In this document: in pieces, positions 24,501-33,800 of the stretch
Layout: each line of letters opens with the position of its first letter
Numbering within the stretch: position 1 is the first letter of the stretch
Assembly (NCBI GenBank): GCA_036785375.1
Contig: JAWMAR010000390.1
Span: 62,001 to 126,000 of the forward strand
Length of the DNA: 64,000 nt
Source: Leucoraja ocellata
Taxonomy: Eukaryota
Reading direction: 5' to 3'
Translations under genes and position numbers: made by a program
The notes under the pieces: model-generated
Told to the model about the DNA's origin: nothing
Seen by the model: only the letters and a program-made list of their open reading frames with translations
Databases searched by the model: none

Positions 24501-25905
24501 TACAATACAATACGGTTTTATTCGTCGGTACTCGGGAACATTAAGATTATGGATACATATAACTTTCCCATTTACAATACGTAAACAAAAAATAGCTCTT
24601 TGAAGCAGTTTTGTTCGTATAAAAAAACTGCACACTTCCACTTATCTTGAATATTTGTAAGTTTAACTATTCCAGAGAATGGCCACGGACAATTGGCAGA
24701 TTATTTTTTTCTATCTAACAACTGCTGTAACTCAAGCCATGAATATAGCATCTTAGAAATAGTTCATTTCTAATTTCCCATACTTTGAATATGTAGTTTA
24801 AATGATTAAACCTCAAAAAGCAGAATTCATCTAAATAACAGGTTCCATGCAACTGCCCAAGACTTGTCCTTTCACCTCCTCCTTTCCCATAGTCCAAAGC
24901 CACAAGCAGTGATTTTTTAATACATCTTTCAAGCCATACCCACTGTTTGTTATTACCACCTTAACATTGGGCAGACCTATCTAAAATATATCAGATGACC
25001 AATTTGCTGAACATCTTCCATTCTACTCAAACGTGATCCTGGTTTGTGATAGCTCACTCTAATTCTCTATCCTGAATTTATTACCGGTCCAATTGCTCAA
25101 CGTCCGCTCAGAAAACTGCATTTCATCTCCTAACTCGACCTACTTTACACCCACACTGGTTTTTTTTTTTGTCCCATTGCCCCTTCTTTCAACTTATTTT
25201 CACTATCATGGCTTTGTGATATTAACTGCTTCTGCAATCTACCCTTGAACATATTTTTTGCCCATTCATTTTTCCTCCTCTTTCCCTGCATCTTGGAACT
25301 TACAGAACTCTATTTTGTCCAATTTCAGATGTCCTGGAACATGAACCGACCGTCTCTCTCCACGTGTGCTGCAACCAACCCGACCTTTGCGGAACAGTCC
25401 ATGCTTAAGAATAATGGAGATACGGAATATGGAGAACTACAGATGCCGCTTTACAAATAACAAGACCCATGCTAGTTTAACTCAGCGGGTCAGGAAGCAG
25501 CATTACTGGAGGACGTGGATCCACGACGTTTCGGGCCGGGACCTGCTGAGTTACTCCAGCTCTTAACGAGTCTTAATTTGTGCTTAATACCCCCAGGGCC
25601 CATACATATTCTTTAGCATGAGATCAAAGCAACAATGATTAGTTCCCATGCCCGACGCGCTGAGTTACTCCAGCAATTTGTGTCTTTTTTTGCAAACCGA
25701 CATCAGATTTGCTCAAAGGACTGACTGTTGGGGACCCCGGCACACCACCAAGGAGCAAGCAAGCAAGGAGCAAGCAATGATGTTTGGGAGCAAGCGCCTC
25801 TCCTCACCCTCCTTACCTACCTAACTCGCCCCCCACGCTCACGTCCAGGAAGACCCGCGGGTTGGAGGGGTTTGCGGGCTTGCATTGGGGAGAAGGATGA
25901 GCCAT
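3463..25905 (-). CDS. PPID: Peptidyl-prolyl isomerase D (cyclophilin-40), coding exons 1-6 joined: 25821-25905, 15032-15172, 14789-14895, 13777-13965, 6427-6549, 3463-3569; 3'-partial
   Basis: Spliced translation [57 protein letters not shown]...[36 protein letters not shown]...[17 protein letters not shown]...[11 protein letters not shown]...CGELKEGDD...[13 protein letters not shown]...[17 protein letters not shown] matches vertebrate Cyp40 (cyclophilin domain, acidic linker, start of TPR1). Exon sizes 85/141/107/189/123/107, all GT-AG and in phase. Confidence 0.97.
3734..3864 (-). mobile_element. 3' fragment of non-autonomous Rex1-tail retroposon inserted in a CR1 tail
   Basis: Resembles 35490-35640 in reverse; flanked by TCA/TCA. 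Confidence 0.6.
4675..4877. mobile_element. hAT MITE
   Basis: TIRs CAAGAGTTCCCAACCT / AGGTTGGGAACCCCTG; 8-bp TSD CCCTAGTG / CCCTAATG. Confidence 0.8.
4945..5108. mobile_element. PIF/Harbinger-type MITE (internally deleted copy)
   Basis: TIRs TGCCCCTGTCCCACTTAGG / CCTAAGTGGGACATGGGCA; TAA TSD; longer copy at 23974-24209. Confidence 0.75.
6427..6549 (-). CDS. PPID: PPID coding exon 5 ([41 protein letters not shown])
   Basis: Acceptor CAG at 6552-6550, donor GTAAGT at 6426; 123 nt; Cyp40 acidic linker. Confidence 0.96.
7670..8050 (-). mobile_element. Ancient DeuSINE-like (SacSINE1/AmnSINE-related) relic
   Basis: Motifs TGACTGAGGGATAAATATTGGTCAAG and CCTCCACAAGTGCAGCACTC resemble the recalled Deu-domain consensus; second relic at ~37640-37850 (+). 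Confidence 0.55.
8358..8935 (+). mobile_element. CR1 3' end interrupted at 8669-8839 by a reverse-oriented Rex1-tail retroposon fragment
   Basis: CR1 tail split at GGATACT/GAGTTG with TACT duplicated; the insert ends in an (ACAATT)n tail and a hairpin at 8701-8723. Confidence 0.75.
10049..10350 (+). mobile_element. CR1 LINE ORF1 N-terminal zinc-finger/leucine-zipper fragment
   Basis: CSSCGMW...[33 protein letters not shown] is typical of CR1 ORF1p. Confidence 0.75.
10440..12212. mobile_element. hAT-Charlie-like non-autonomous element (nested)
   Basis: TIRs CAGGGGTGTCAAACT / AGTTTGACACTCCTG; exact 8-bp TSD AACTAGAC (10432-10439, 12213-12220). Confidence 0.88.
10999..11860. mobile_element. 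Innermost TIR DNA transposon (hAT-like), same family as 29241-30273
   Basis: TIRs TAGGTATGTTACAAAA / TTTTGTAACATTGCTA; 7-8 bp TSD CTACTAA(T). Confidence 0.85.
13777..13965 (-). CDS. PPID: PPID coding exon 4 ([63 protein letters not shown])
   Basis: Inside ORF 13726..14046; acceptor CAG at 13968-13966, donor GTGAGA at 13776; 189 nt; Cyp40-type His in PHLD. Confidence 0.97.
14789..14895 (-). CDS. PPID: PPID coding exon 3 ([36 protein letters not shown])
   Basis: Acceptor CAG at 14898-14896, donor GT at 14788; 107 nt; active-site motif. Confidence 0.97.
15032..15172 (-). CDS. PPID: PPID coding exon 2 ([47 protein letters not shown])
   Basis: Acceptor CAG at 15175-15173, donor GTAAGT at 15031; 141 nt; cyclophilin motif. 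Confidence 0.97.
16050..18025 (+). mobile_element. 5'-truncated CR1 LINE (RT domain to 3' tail), split by a solo LTR
   Basis: ORFs 15924..16496, 16548..17009 and 17645..17878 carry [48 protein letters not shown] motifs. Confidence 0.92.
16969..17436 (+). mobile_element. Solo LTR (468 bp)
   Basis: TG...CA termini with short imperfect IR, 4-bp TSD GAGG, internal TATAAAA (~17268) and AGTAAA (~17368); CR1 sequence resumes exactly after it. Confidence 0.8.
18141..18905 (-). mobile_element. Rex1/Babar-type non-LTR retrotransposon 3' part
   Basis: ORF 18209..18784 ([17 protein letters not shown]...[15 protein letters not shown]...[19 protein letters not shown]) and (TGAATC)n tail; second fragment at ~27765-27975. 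Confidence 0.88.
20850..21270. repeat. G-rich minisatellite, ~30-bp unit GGGGGTCCGGGGGAGGTGAGGGTCGGTGACCC, ~14 copies
   Basis: Directly visible tandem array. Confidence 0.92.
21600..22258 (+). mobile_element. CR1 LINE 3' end
   Basis: ORF 21725..22159 ([38 protein letters not shown]) and (TTTCTATG)n tail. Confidence 0.92.
23045..23630. mobile_element. Penelope-like element 3' remnant with inverted terminal repeat units
   Basis: [19 protein letters not shown]-terminal motif followed by CTGAAGAAGGGTCTCGACCCGAAAC; reverse unit at 23045-23220. Confidence 0.7.
23974..24209. mobile_element. PIF/Harbinger-type palindromic MITE in a SINE
   Basis: Long inverted arms GCCCCTGTCCCAATTAGGAAACCTGAACGGAAACCTCTGGAGACTTTGCGC and its reverse complement; TAA/TTA flanks. 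Confidence 0.8.
25821..25905 (-). CDS. PPID: PPID coding exon 1 ([28 protein letters not shown])
   Basis: ATG at 25905-25903; 85 nt ending in phase 1; donor GTAGGT at 25820. Confidence 0.95.
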
Positions 25906-26060
25906 TCTGCACGTCTCCACACACACACACACAGGCAGAGCAAGCGCACACAAAGCTTCCGCCTCCTATCCACCACACATCCGCTGCAACCCCAGCGTTG
26001 AAGGAGGTTCCCAACACGAATCCTCCTCTCCCACCCGTCCCTCTCCCTCCACCGACATAT
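25906..26060 (-). promoter_or_regulatory. PPID 5'UTR/proximal promoter (short CA repeat, ETS-like CGGAAG at 25956-25961 on minus)
   Basis: GC-richer sequence directly upstream of the PPID ATG; TSS not determinable from sequence. Confidence 0.5.
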
Positions 26061-27277
26061 TGAGTTTCAACCACTGTTTATCTTTTCTTTTTGCTGAAGA
26101 TTCCAGCATCTACAGTCTCTTGTGTGTCCAAAACATTAATCGGCTGTTTTAGGAATAAAGTCAAACCGCAGAACAACTGAACGTGTTTAAACTAAACGCG
26201 GAGGTGTTTTTTTTTTGCACTGAACGAGATTAAAAGTAATTGGTATTCAGAGATGCTGGGTGTCGTTGTGTATCAATAAACGAGCATTACCGTACAGCTT
26301 GAGCAAGCACTTCGGAAAACAAATGGTTTGTTGGCTTCGATTGCAAGAGAACTTGAGTACAGGAACGGATACTTTGCCTTCAGTTTTCTAAGTCTGTAGG
26401 AAGACCCAATTTGTAATATTGTATGTGGGCCTGATCTCCCGAAGGAGGATATATTTTCAATAGTGGGATGGGGTGAGTGAGGATCAGCAACAGTTTTCCA
26501 GCTACATTTGTGAAATAGTGGGGTTGATATTTTTGGACTATGCCTATCCTGTCTTGTGTAGGAAGGAACTGCAGATGCTGGTTTTCACTGAAGATCGACA
26601 CAAAATGCTGGAGCAACTCAGCACTGGAGCAACTCAGCGGGTTACTAGCTGAGTTACCCCAGCATTTTGTGTCTATCCTCTATCCTGCCTTATGTTTGGA
26701 GTAATGAGGAGTGATCTCATTGGAACGCAAACTTCTTCTGATACTTGTAACTGTAAATGCAGAGATAATACATCTCCAGGGTGAAGTTCCCAGTGTCAAG
26801 AGGACACAATCTCAAAATAAGGTGCCGGCCATTCAGGGCAGATGAAAACAAATCTTAAGACAGAGGATAATGGGTCTGGAATTTTCTGCCAGAGGACTGT
26901 GGATGATCAGCTGCTCTATATATTCAAGGCAAATAGCAATAGTTTCTTGGTGTTAAGGGAATCAAGATTGGTGCAGGAATGTGGCATTCCCCCGGAAAAT
27001 AATTGTATAAGACTTCTTATGAGAAAATATAAAACGAATTTCAGAAGTAAAATTCCATCTCCCAGAAGTGAAAAAGCACATCTTCAACATTTAGCAAAAG
27101 ATTATTTTCACATCCTTCTGCTTCACTATTATTTGTGTCAAGAACGGCACAAAGGGATGTGGGGATGATTGCTACTGTGCAGGATGGAACTGCAGATGCT
27201 GGTTTACATTGAAGATAGACACAAAATGTTCCAGTAACTCAGCTGGACGGGCAGCATCTCTGGAGAGAATGAATGAC

Positions 27278-27722
27278 AACAGACAATAGACAATAGGTGC
27301 AGGAGTAGGCCATTTGGCCCTTCGAGCCAGCATTGCCATTCACTGTGATATGGCTGATCATCCACAATCGGTACTCCGTTCCTGCCTTCTCCTCATATCC
27401 CTTGAGTCCCCTATCTTTAAGAGCTCAATCTAACTCTCTCTTGAAAGCATCCAGAGAATTGGCCTCCACTGCCTTCTGAGGCAGAGAATTCCACAGATTC
27501 ACTACTCTCTGTGTGAATTTTTTTCCTCATCTCTGTTCTAAATGCCTTACCCCTTATTCTTAAATGGTGGCCCCTGGTTCAGGACTCCCCTAAAATCAGG
27601 AACATGTTTCCTGGCTCTAACATGTCCAAACCTTTAATGATCTTACATGTTTCAATAAGATACCCTCCCATCCTTCTAAATTCCCACAAACAAACCCAGT
27701 CGCTCCATTCTTTCAACATATG
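27278..27722 (-). mobile_element. CR1 LINE 3' end
   Basis: Reverse complement of the CR1 ORF2 terminus and tail. Confidence 0.85.
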
Positions 27723-27984
27723 ACATATGACTGTTGATATGGGATGTCTTTCATTATTACTACCTGTACCAGCCTTTTTGAGGCAGCGACTGCGATAAAT
27801 CCCCTCGATGGAAAGAAGTACAGAGCCGATGATGGACTGGGCAGCGTTTACAACTTTTTGTAGTCTTTTCCTTTCCAGGGCGCTCAAGTTGCCGAACCAA
27901 GCCACGATGCAACCGGTCAGCGTGCTCTCTACTGTGCACCTGTAGAAGTTAGAGAGAGTCCTCCTTGACAAACCTTATCTACAG

Positions 27985-28195
27985 TGCACTTAACCTCGCT
28001 CCACCTCCGCGGTGACCAGCGGTCCGGGTCTGCAGAGACCGCGTGCTTCCAAAACCAGTGACACACGGGCGTAGGCCCAGAAGAGGGGCAGTCGACTCTG
28101 GCAGAGCCCTCGACTGCCCACTGCTTGGACCAGCGAAAGGCCATCTTGGCTAAGCCCAGGAGCAAACATACAGGGAGAAGCATTGGCTCAGCGAT
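27985..28195 (-). mobile_element. Tx1/L1-clade LINE C-terminal fragment (tentative)
   Basis: LLLGLAKMA...DC.. motif in ORF 27929..28216. Confidence 0.45.
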
Positions 28196-28229
28196 CATTT
28201 CGCTGAACACCTTCACTCAGTCCTCCAAG

Positions 28230-29195
28230 AGTGTGCAATCTCCAAGTTGCCAAACACTTTAACTCCTTCCATTCCCATTCTGACCTTTCTGTCCTGGGCC
28301 ACCTCCAATGTCAAGAGTGAGGCACAATGCAAATTGGAGGAACAGCACCTCATATTTCTCTTGGGCAGCTTACAACCCAGTGATAAGAAAATAGACTTCT
28401 CTAACTTCAAGTAATGCTTGTTGTCTTTCTCCCTCCACGTCCCTCCCCCACCATAGTACTCCACTTAATTTCACTGCCCTCCTGATTAATTTTACTAATC
28501 GTATGCCTTGTTGTCGCCTTCCCATCAGCTACCAATATACCATTCTACATTTCCTTGATCATCGTCAACCCAAAAATCACACATTCCTTCTCTCTAGAGA
28601 TGCAGCCTGTCTTGCTGAGGTACTCCAGCATTTTGTGCCTGTCTTTGGTGTAAACCAACATCTGCAGTTCCTTCCTACACATTTTGTCTGCTTCACTATG
28701 AAATCTCCTCAAGTATGCCTACTTTGAAGAAGTTGTCCTCTCTCTGACTAGTGTAGGAAGGAACTGCAGATGCTGGTATAAACCAAAGATAGACACAGAA
28801 TTCTGGCGTAACTCAGCAGATCAGGCAACATCTCTGGAGAGGAATGGGTGACGTTTTGGGTTGGGACCCTTCTTGAGACTCAGATTCTTTAGTCTGAAGA
28901 AGGGTCTCGACCCGAAACATCACCCACTCTTTCTTTCCTGAGATGCTACCTGTCCTACTGAGTTACTCCAGCATTTTGTGTCTGTCTTCGGTGTAAACCA
29001 ACATCTGCAGTTTCTTCCTATAAATTTCCTTGATCAATCGTCTGCTTTGATCTGTCGTTTTCACACCTTACCCTTCCATATCTCGGTGTTCCCTTCTCCC
29101 AGGACTCTCAGTCTGTAGAAGGGTCTCCACCCGAAATGTCATCCATTCCCTCTCTCCATAGATGCAGCCTGACCCACTGAGTTACTCCAGTATTA
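28230..29195. mobile_element. Penelope-like element 3' end with tandem and inverted terminal repeat units
   Basis: HFNS..SHSDLSVLG...[15 protein letters not shown] motif, then four repeat units (+,-,+,+). Confidence 0.75.
28894..28921 (+). ncRNA. Minimal hammerhead-ribozyme-like core in Penelope terminal repeat
   Basis: CTGAAGA-A-GGGTC(TC)GACCC-GAAAC-ATC; related copies at 369-396, 9926-9954, 23574-23601 and others; stem I weak. Confidence 0.45.
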
Positions 29196-29240
29196 TCGAG
29201 GGAGAGTCTATTTAGGGAGAAGTCCCTTTGGTGCTGGGAG

Positions 29241-30273
29241 TAGGTATGTTACAAAACTTACCTTCAGCGGCGCTGCAGTTCTGCCACTGGCCGTGCATGA
29301 CTTTGCCGCCTTTGGGGGAGGGGGGGATTAAAATGCCGTTTTCTCCTGCCTGTCGGAGTCGCTATTTCTCAGGCTGTTAAGTTGCTGAAGAATAATCAAT
29401 CCGACTTGCGTTCTCAGCAGTTTTAAAAAAAAATCGCGGGACAATTTAATCCCTGGAGTAAAATAAAAAAGCTATTTCTAACGCCTACAACATCAACAAC
29501 GGGACGGATCTCACGTAGGGGACAAAAACATTAGGTAAATCGTCTATTTTACATATAAACTTTCTTCTCAGGACTACTTTAATCCAAATTTCATTGGCGA
29601 AAATGTGATTAAGGTCCCATACGAACTGGCAGTGTTTTTCCTGCCGATATGAGGTTTAAAATCACCACAACCGCAACGTTCCAAACGATCGCGTCCCACA
29701 AAATCTCGCTCGCAAGATGATTTAAATGGCCATTAATTTACTGGAATTAAACACTAAATTCCTTCCATTTGGCCTATGTTCATGACAATGAGATTTAAAA
29801 CTCATGTTATATTGTGAATTCTTGTGTGAATGTTATTTTGACACTTAGGCTATTTAAAAATGTTAACCTTTTCTTAAGAAATGGATAGATCTAGTAATTG
29901 AATTTTGTAATTAGCTACAATTAGGTAACTAACTAATGATATGCTTTAATTTCAGGTCATCTAAGTAAGATTGTTTAATATTTGTTTCAGAATGCTTCAA
30001 TCTAATAATAACTGAAAATTTCATTCAGTTCTCTTAATTTTTAAGAAAGTTATGGGCTTTTGACTGTCCTCGATCACAGCTTTTGTGTTTAGTCAATGGA
30101 AAAGCAATAGGGAACAAGATACTAATTTCAGAGTATGAAAATGGACATAACATTTTTAATACTGAAGATATGAACGTGAATTAGGTGTCAAATTAAACTT
30201 CTTTTTATGCTTTATCTGATGGGATAAATTGCAGACTTGATTGTTAAAATCTCAGAATTTTGTAACATTGCTG
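29241..30273. mobile_element. TIR DNA transposon (hAT-like) inserted directly upstream of the FNIP2 promoter
   Basis: TIRs TAGGTATGTTACAAAA / TTTTGTAACATTGCTG; TSD CTGGGAG(T); long homology to 10999-11860. Confidence 0.85.
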
Positions 30274-30281
30274 CTGGGAGT

Positions 30282-30770
30282 GACGTTGAGCTTCCCTCCT
30301 ACAGGGGGCGCTGGAGGCGGCTACAGTTACAGGTGATAGGCGGGGCCTCACCGCCTGCTCTCTCTGATTGGCGGAGGCGCTTGCGGTCCCTCCAATCACA
30401 GCGCGCCCGTTTGTCCGGGCCGGACCAATCATCAGTGGCGGCGGCAGCCAATCGGAGGGTCGCTAGCAGTGGCGGGGAAGCCAATGGGAGTGTCGCTGGC
30501 AGTGGCGGCGGCCAATGGGAGGGGTGCTGACAGTGAGGGCCAATGGGAAGGTCGCTCGTTGTGGCGGCCAATGGGAGGGTCGCTGGCGGTGGCAGCCAAT
30601 GGGAGGGTCGCTGGTTGTGACGGCCAATGGGAGGGTCGCTGGCTGTGGCGGCGGCAGCCAATGGGGCGGCGGCGGCGGTCACATGACAGCAGCGAGCTCA
30701 ATGGAGTTGTCCAACTTTCACTCGCAATGCTGCCGAATGATCCCGTTTTGTGCCAGTAAAATGGTACGAA
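30282..30770 (+). promoter_or_regulatory. FNIP2 CpG-rich promoter/5'UTR with CCAAT-box array, GC boxes and M-box GTCACATGAC (30678-30687)
   Basis: CpG-rich stretch directly upstream of the ATG; 11 CCAAT/ATTGG motifs between 30367 and 30662; GGCGGG motifs. Confidence 0.75.
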
Positions 30771-30859
30771 ATGGCTCCAACCCTGTTGCAGAAGCTGTTT
30801 AATAAAAGGGCAAATGCGGCGACGCCTTCGAAAAATTCCAAGGAGGGTTCGGAGATAAG
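30771..30859 (+). CDS. FNIP2: FNIP2 coding exon 1
   Basis: gaaATGg start; [13 protein letters not shown]; 89 nt, phase 2; donor GTAATG at 30860. Confidence 0.93.
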
Positions 30860-33800
30860 GTAATGTCGAGTGAAACGCCTGGTGTGCAGTGAGGGGGCTG
30901 TGGGACAGGGGCTGTGGCCACTGGTTCTGGGGACAGTGGCTCTAGTTCTGGGACAGTGGCTCTAGTTCTGGGACAGTGTGCCTGGCTCTGGGACAGTTCT
31001 GGGGACAGTGTGTCTGACTCTGGAGCACAGGTTCTTGGATAGTGATTCTGGGATAATGTGTTTGGCTCTGGGACAGTGGGTCTGGGACAGTGGGTCTGGC
31101 TCTGGGGCACAGGCTCTGGGACAGTAGTTCTGGCTGGGGCAATAGTTCTGGGGCAGTGGGTCTGGGACAGTGGATCAGGCTCTGGGGCACTGGTTCTAGG
31201 ACAGCAGGTCTGGGGCAGTGGCTCTGGTGCAGTTTGCTCTAGCACTGGTGCAGTTTGTTCTGGCACTGGTGCAGTTTGCTCTGGGTCTGGGTCTTTGGTT
31301 CTGGGGTGAGCCATGGGTTGCTCAAAGGGCAGCTAAACACTTAACATTTACTATTGTGCTCGCTGTCCAGCAATTGTTTTCATCGTTTGAAAATTTCTTA
31401 GATTGCAAAATAACTTTTGGTTGATAGTTAAACCCTGTGTTGTTGCCTTTACATCAATGTTATGACTAATTTTCGTGGCCAAATATAATAATGCTGATAG
31501 AACGCACTTGAAATATGAAGCTGAAAAGTTAAATTGTTTTACGATGGAAAATATTAACGGTTTGTAATAAAGTGCACGTTTTTATCGCTAACTTGTTTTA
31601 GTTCTGTGTTTGTACCTTAATTATTGAATTGAACTAAGGCAAGGGTAACACAGTGGTATAGGGTAACAATGATTCTGCAGAAAGTGTTGATGCCTCCAGC
31701 AGCCCTAGTTTAACAGTGACTTGAGCTGTCTGGAATTAGCTTGTTTCCCGTGTGATTGGGTTTCCTCTGCCTGCTTGGCTTTCCTCCAACATCCCAAAGA
31801 CTTATTGGTTGGTAGGTTATCAACAACAATAAGTGATACGTAGGTAGGAGAACTATGGTGGTGTCATGCAGTCATAAAGCAGGGGGAAAGGCCCTTCCAC
31901 TCGACTGGAAAATGTTGGCCAAAATGCTCCATCTACGCCAGTTCCATTTGCTTACATTTGGCCCATATCCCACTGAAGTCAGTGGGGGACGAAGATTGTT
32001 TTTGGAATTGGTATTGACTTAAAGGGCTCAAATGGCTTGCATGCCATGACAAATAGTAATTGCAATTATTTATTTTTGCAGATACCCTGGTGTCTAGAAC
32101 CAGGGTTCAGAATGTCAAAGTAAGGCTAAGTAAAGTTGTGAAGGTTTGCAAAGATGAGAAAACTATTTTTTTTCACCCAGATTATCGTGTGTCACCATTT
32201 TATTTTAAACACCCGATGCTTTAATGCTTCGTTATTAAATATTTTGATCGTGTTTGATTTTTTTTTTTAACACATTGAGTGAATAGAGGAAATTGAGCTT
32301 AATGCTGGAAAATGACAATGGTGTAAAAGGTTACAATTATTTTAGTGAATGACAGAGCACCCATTCCTATTATTTTGTTGTTCTTCATTGCACTCAAATT
32401 GAATACCATTTTGTTATTAGTATAATGTTGCTTATTTAGGTGTTAACCTTAATGTTTTTAATTAAGTTGGAAAATAATGTGACCGTCATAACATGTCTGA
32501 CTTTGGGGCTCATCTCTTAAATTTTCTAAAACTAAAATATCTGTTTATTTGTTAAACCTTTTTCAACTTTCTTTACTAAACAAACAATCCAGTAATCCTT
32601 TAAAGGGGAACAATTATTCTAAAATAATATTTGTTCAGTTCATTACCTAGTAAACATGATTTTTAAAATATTTGTAATGTTGTAAGGATATTAAATAATT
32701 TGAGTTTGTGAATACTTCGACTACTTTATTAAAACATGTAAACAGGTAATAGTAAATATTGTGTACTGTTCTGAAGTTATCTTCATCTGGGAAATACTTG
32801 ATGGTAACTATATATAAAATATAAATTGAGAAAAGATGGAGGCAGGAATGTAGACGTCTTCTGCACTGTGGCAATTCGGGTAGTAGAGACCTAATGATCT
32901 GGATAGGATGTCACTGCATCATTTAAGTTGGCAGTCAGAGCCGAATACCTCGTTTACTATGCCCTCTCACATAGTGAAGTGAGTGTGGTGCTGCCGTGTT
33001 CTTAATTTGCAAGGCATTTTCTCTGACCCGTTGCATTGTTGGCAGTTGCAGTAACCATGTTCATTCCTTATACTGGCTTTTTAAAGTAATCCCAAAGCCT
33101 TCATGCTACTTCCACCAAGTCAATATGCCTTAACCCGTTATCTCCTTGAACAACTCCTACGCTACCTATCTCCCAAGAATGCAAATCCTTAAATCCCATC
33201 CCTTCTTCCTGATGTCTCCACATCCTGAATCTTTTAATCATCCAGGAACCTTGTCCATCCTCAAATCTACTGTTGGCTTTGGCTGTTGAATAGTGGTAAT
33301 GGGTCACTTTGTTACTTCCAATAAAATGACTTAATTTGAATGAAAAATAGCTAATTGGGACCAATTAAAGTCTGTAATTCAATGTGAAATTAATGTTCAC
33401 ATTGTGGGAAATTCTCTCTATCTTCTCTGCACCCTTTCCTACAGCAGGATGCCCAAAACTGAACATAATACTTCAAGGGCGATCTCACCAACAATCCCGT
33501 TCAACTGCAACCTAATGTCCCAACTTTTATATTTAATTTCTTGACTGAAGGCCAATGTGCCAAAAGCCACCTTCCCCACCCTGGCCACCTGTGACACAGT
33601 GTTAGTTGTGAGGAGGATTCTAGGAGGCTTCAAGGTGACTTGGATAGGCTGGGTGAGTGGGCAAATGCATGGCAGATGCAGTATAATGTAGATAAATGGG
33701 AGGTTATCCACTTTGGTGGCAAGAACAGGAAAGTAGACTATTATCTGAATGGTGGCCGATTAGGAAAAGGGGAGATGCAACGAGACCTGGGTGTCATGGT

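Noticed and set aside
30799-31314. 171-aa PE-rich ORF antisense to FNIP2
   Set aside because: Product of the intronic minisatellite; no coding hallmarks.
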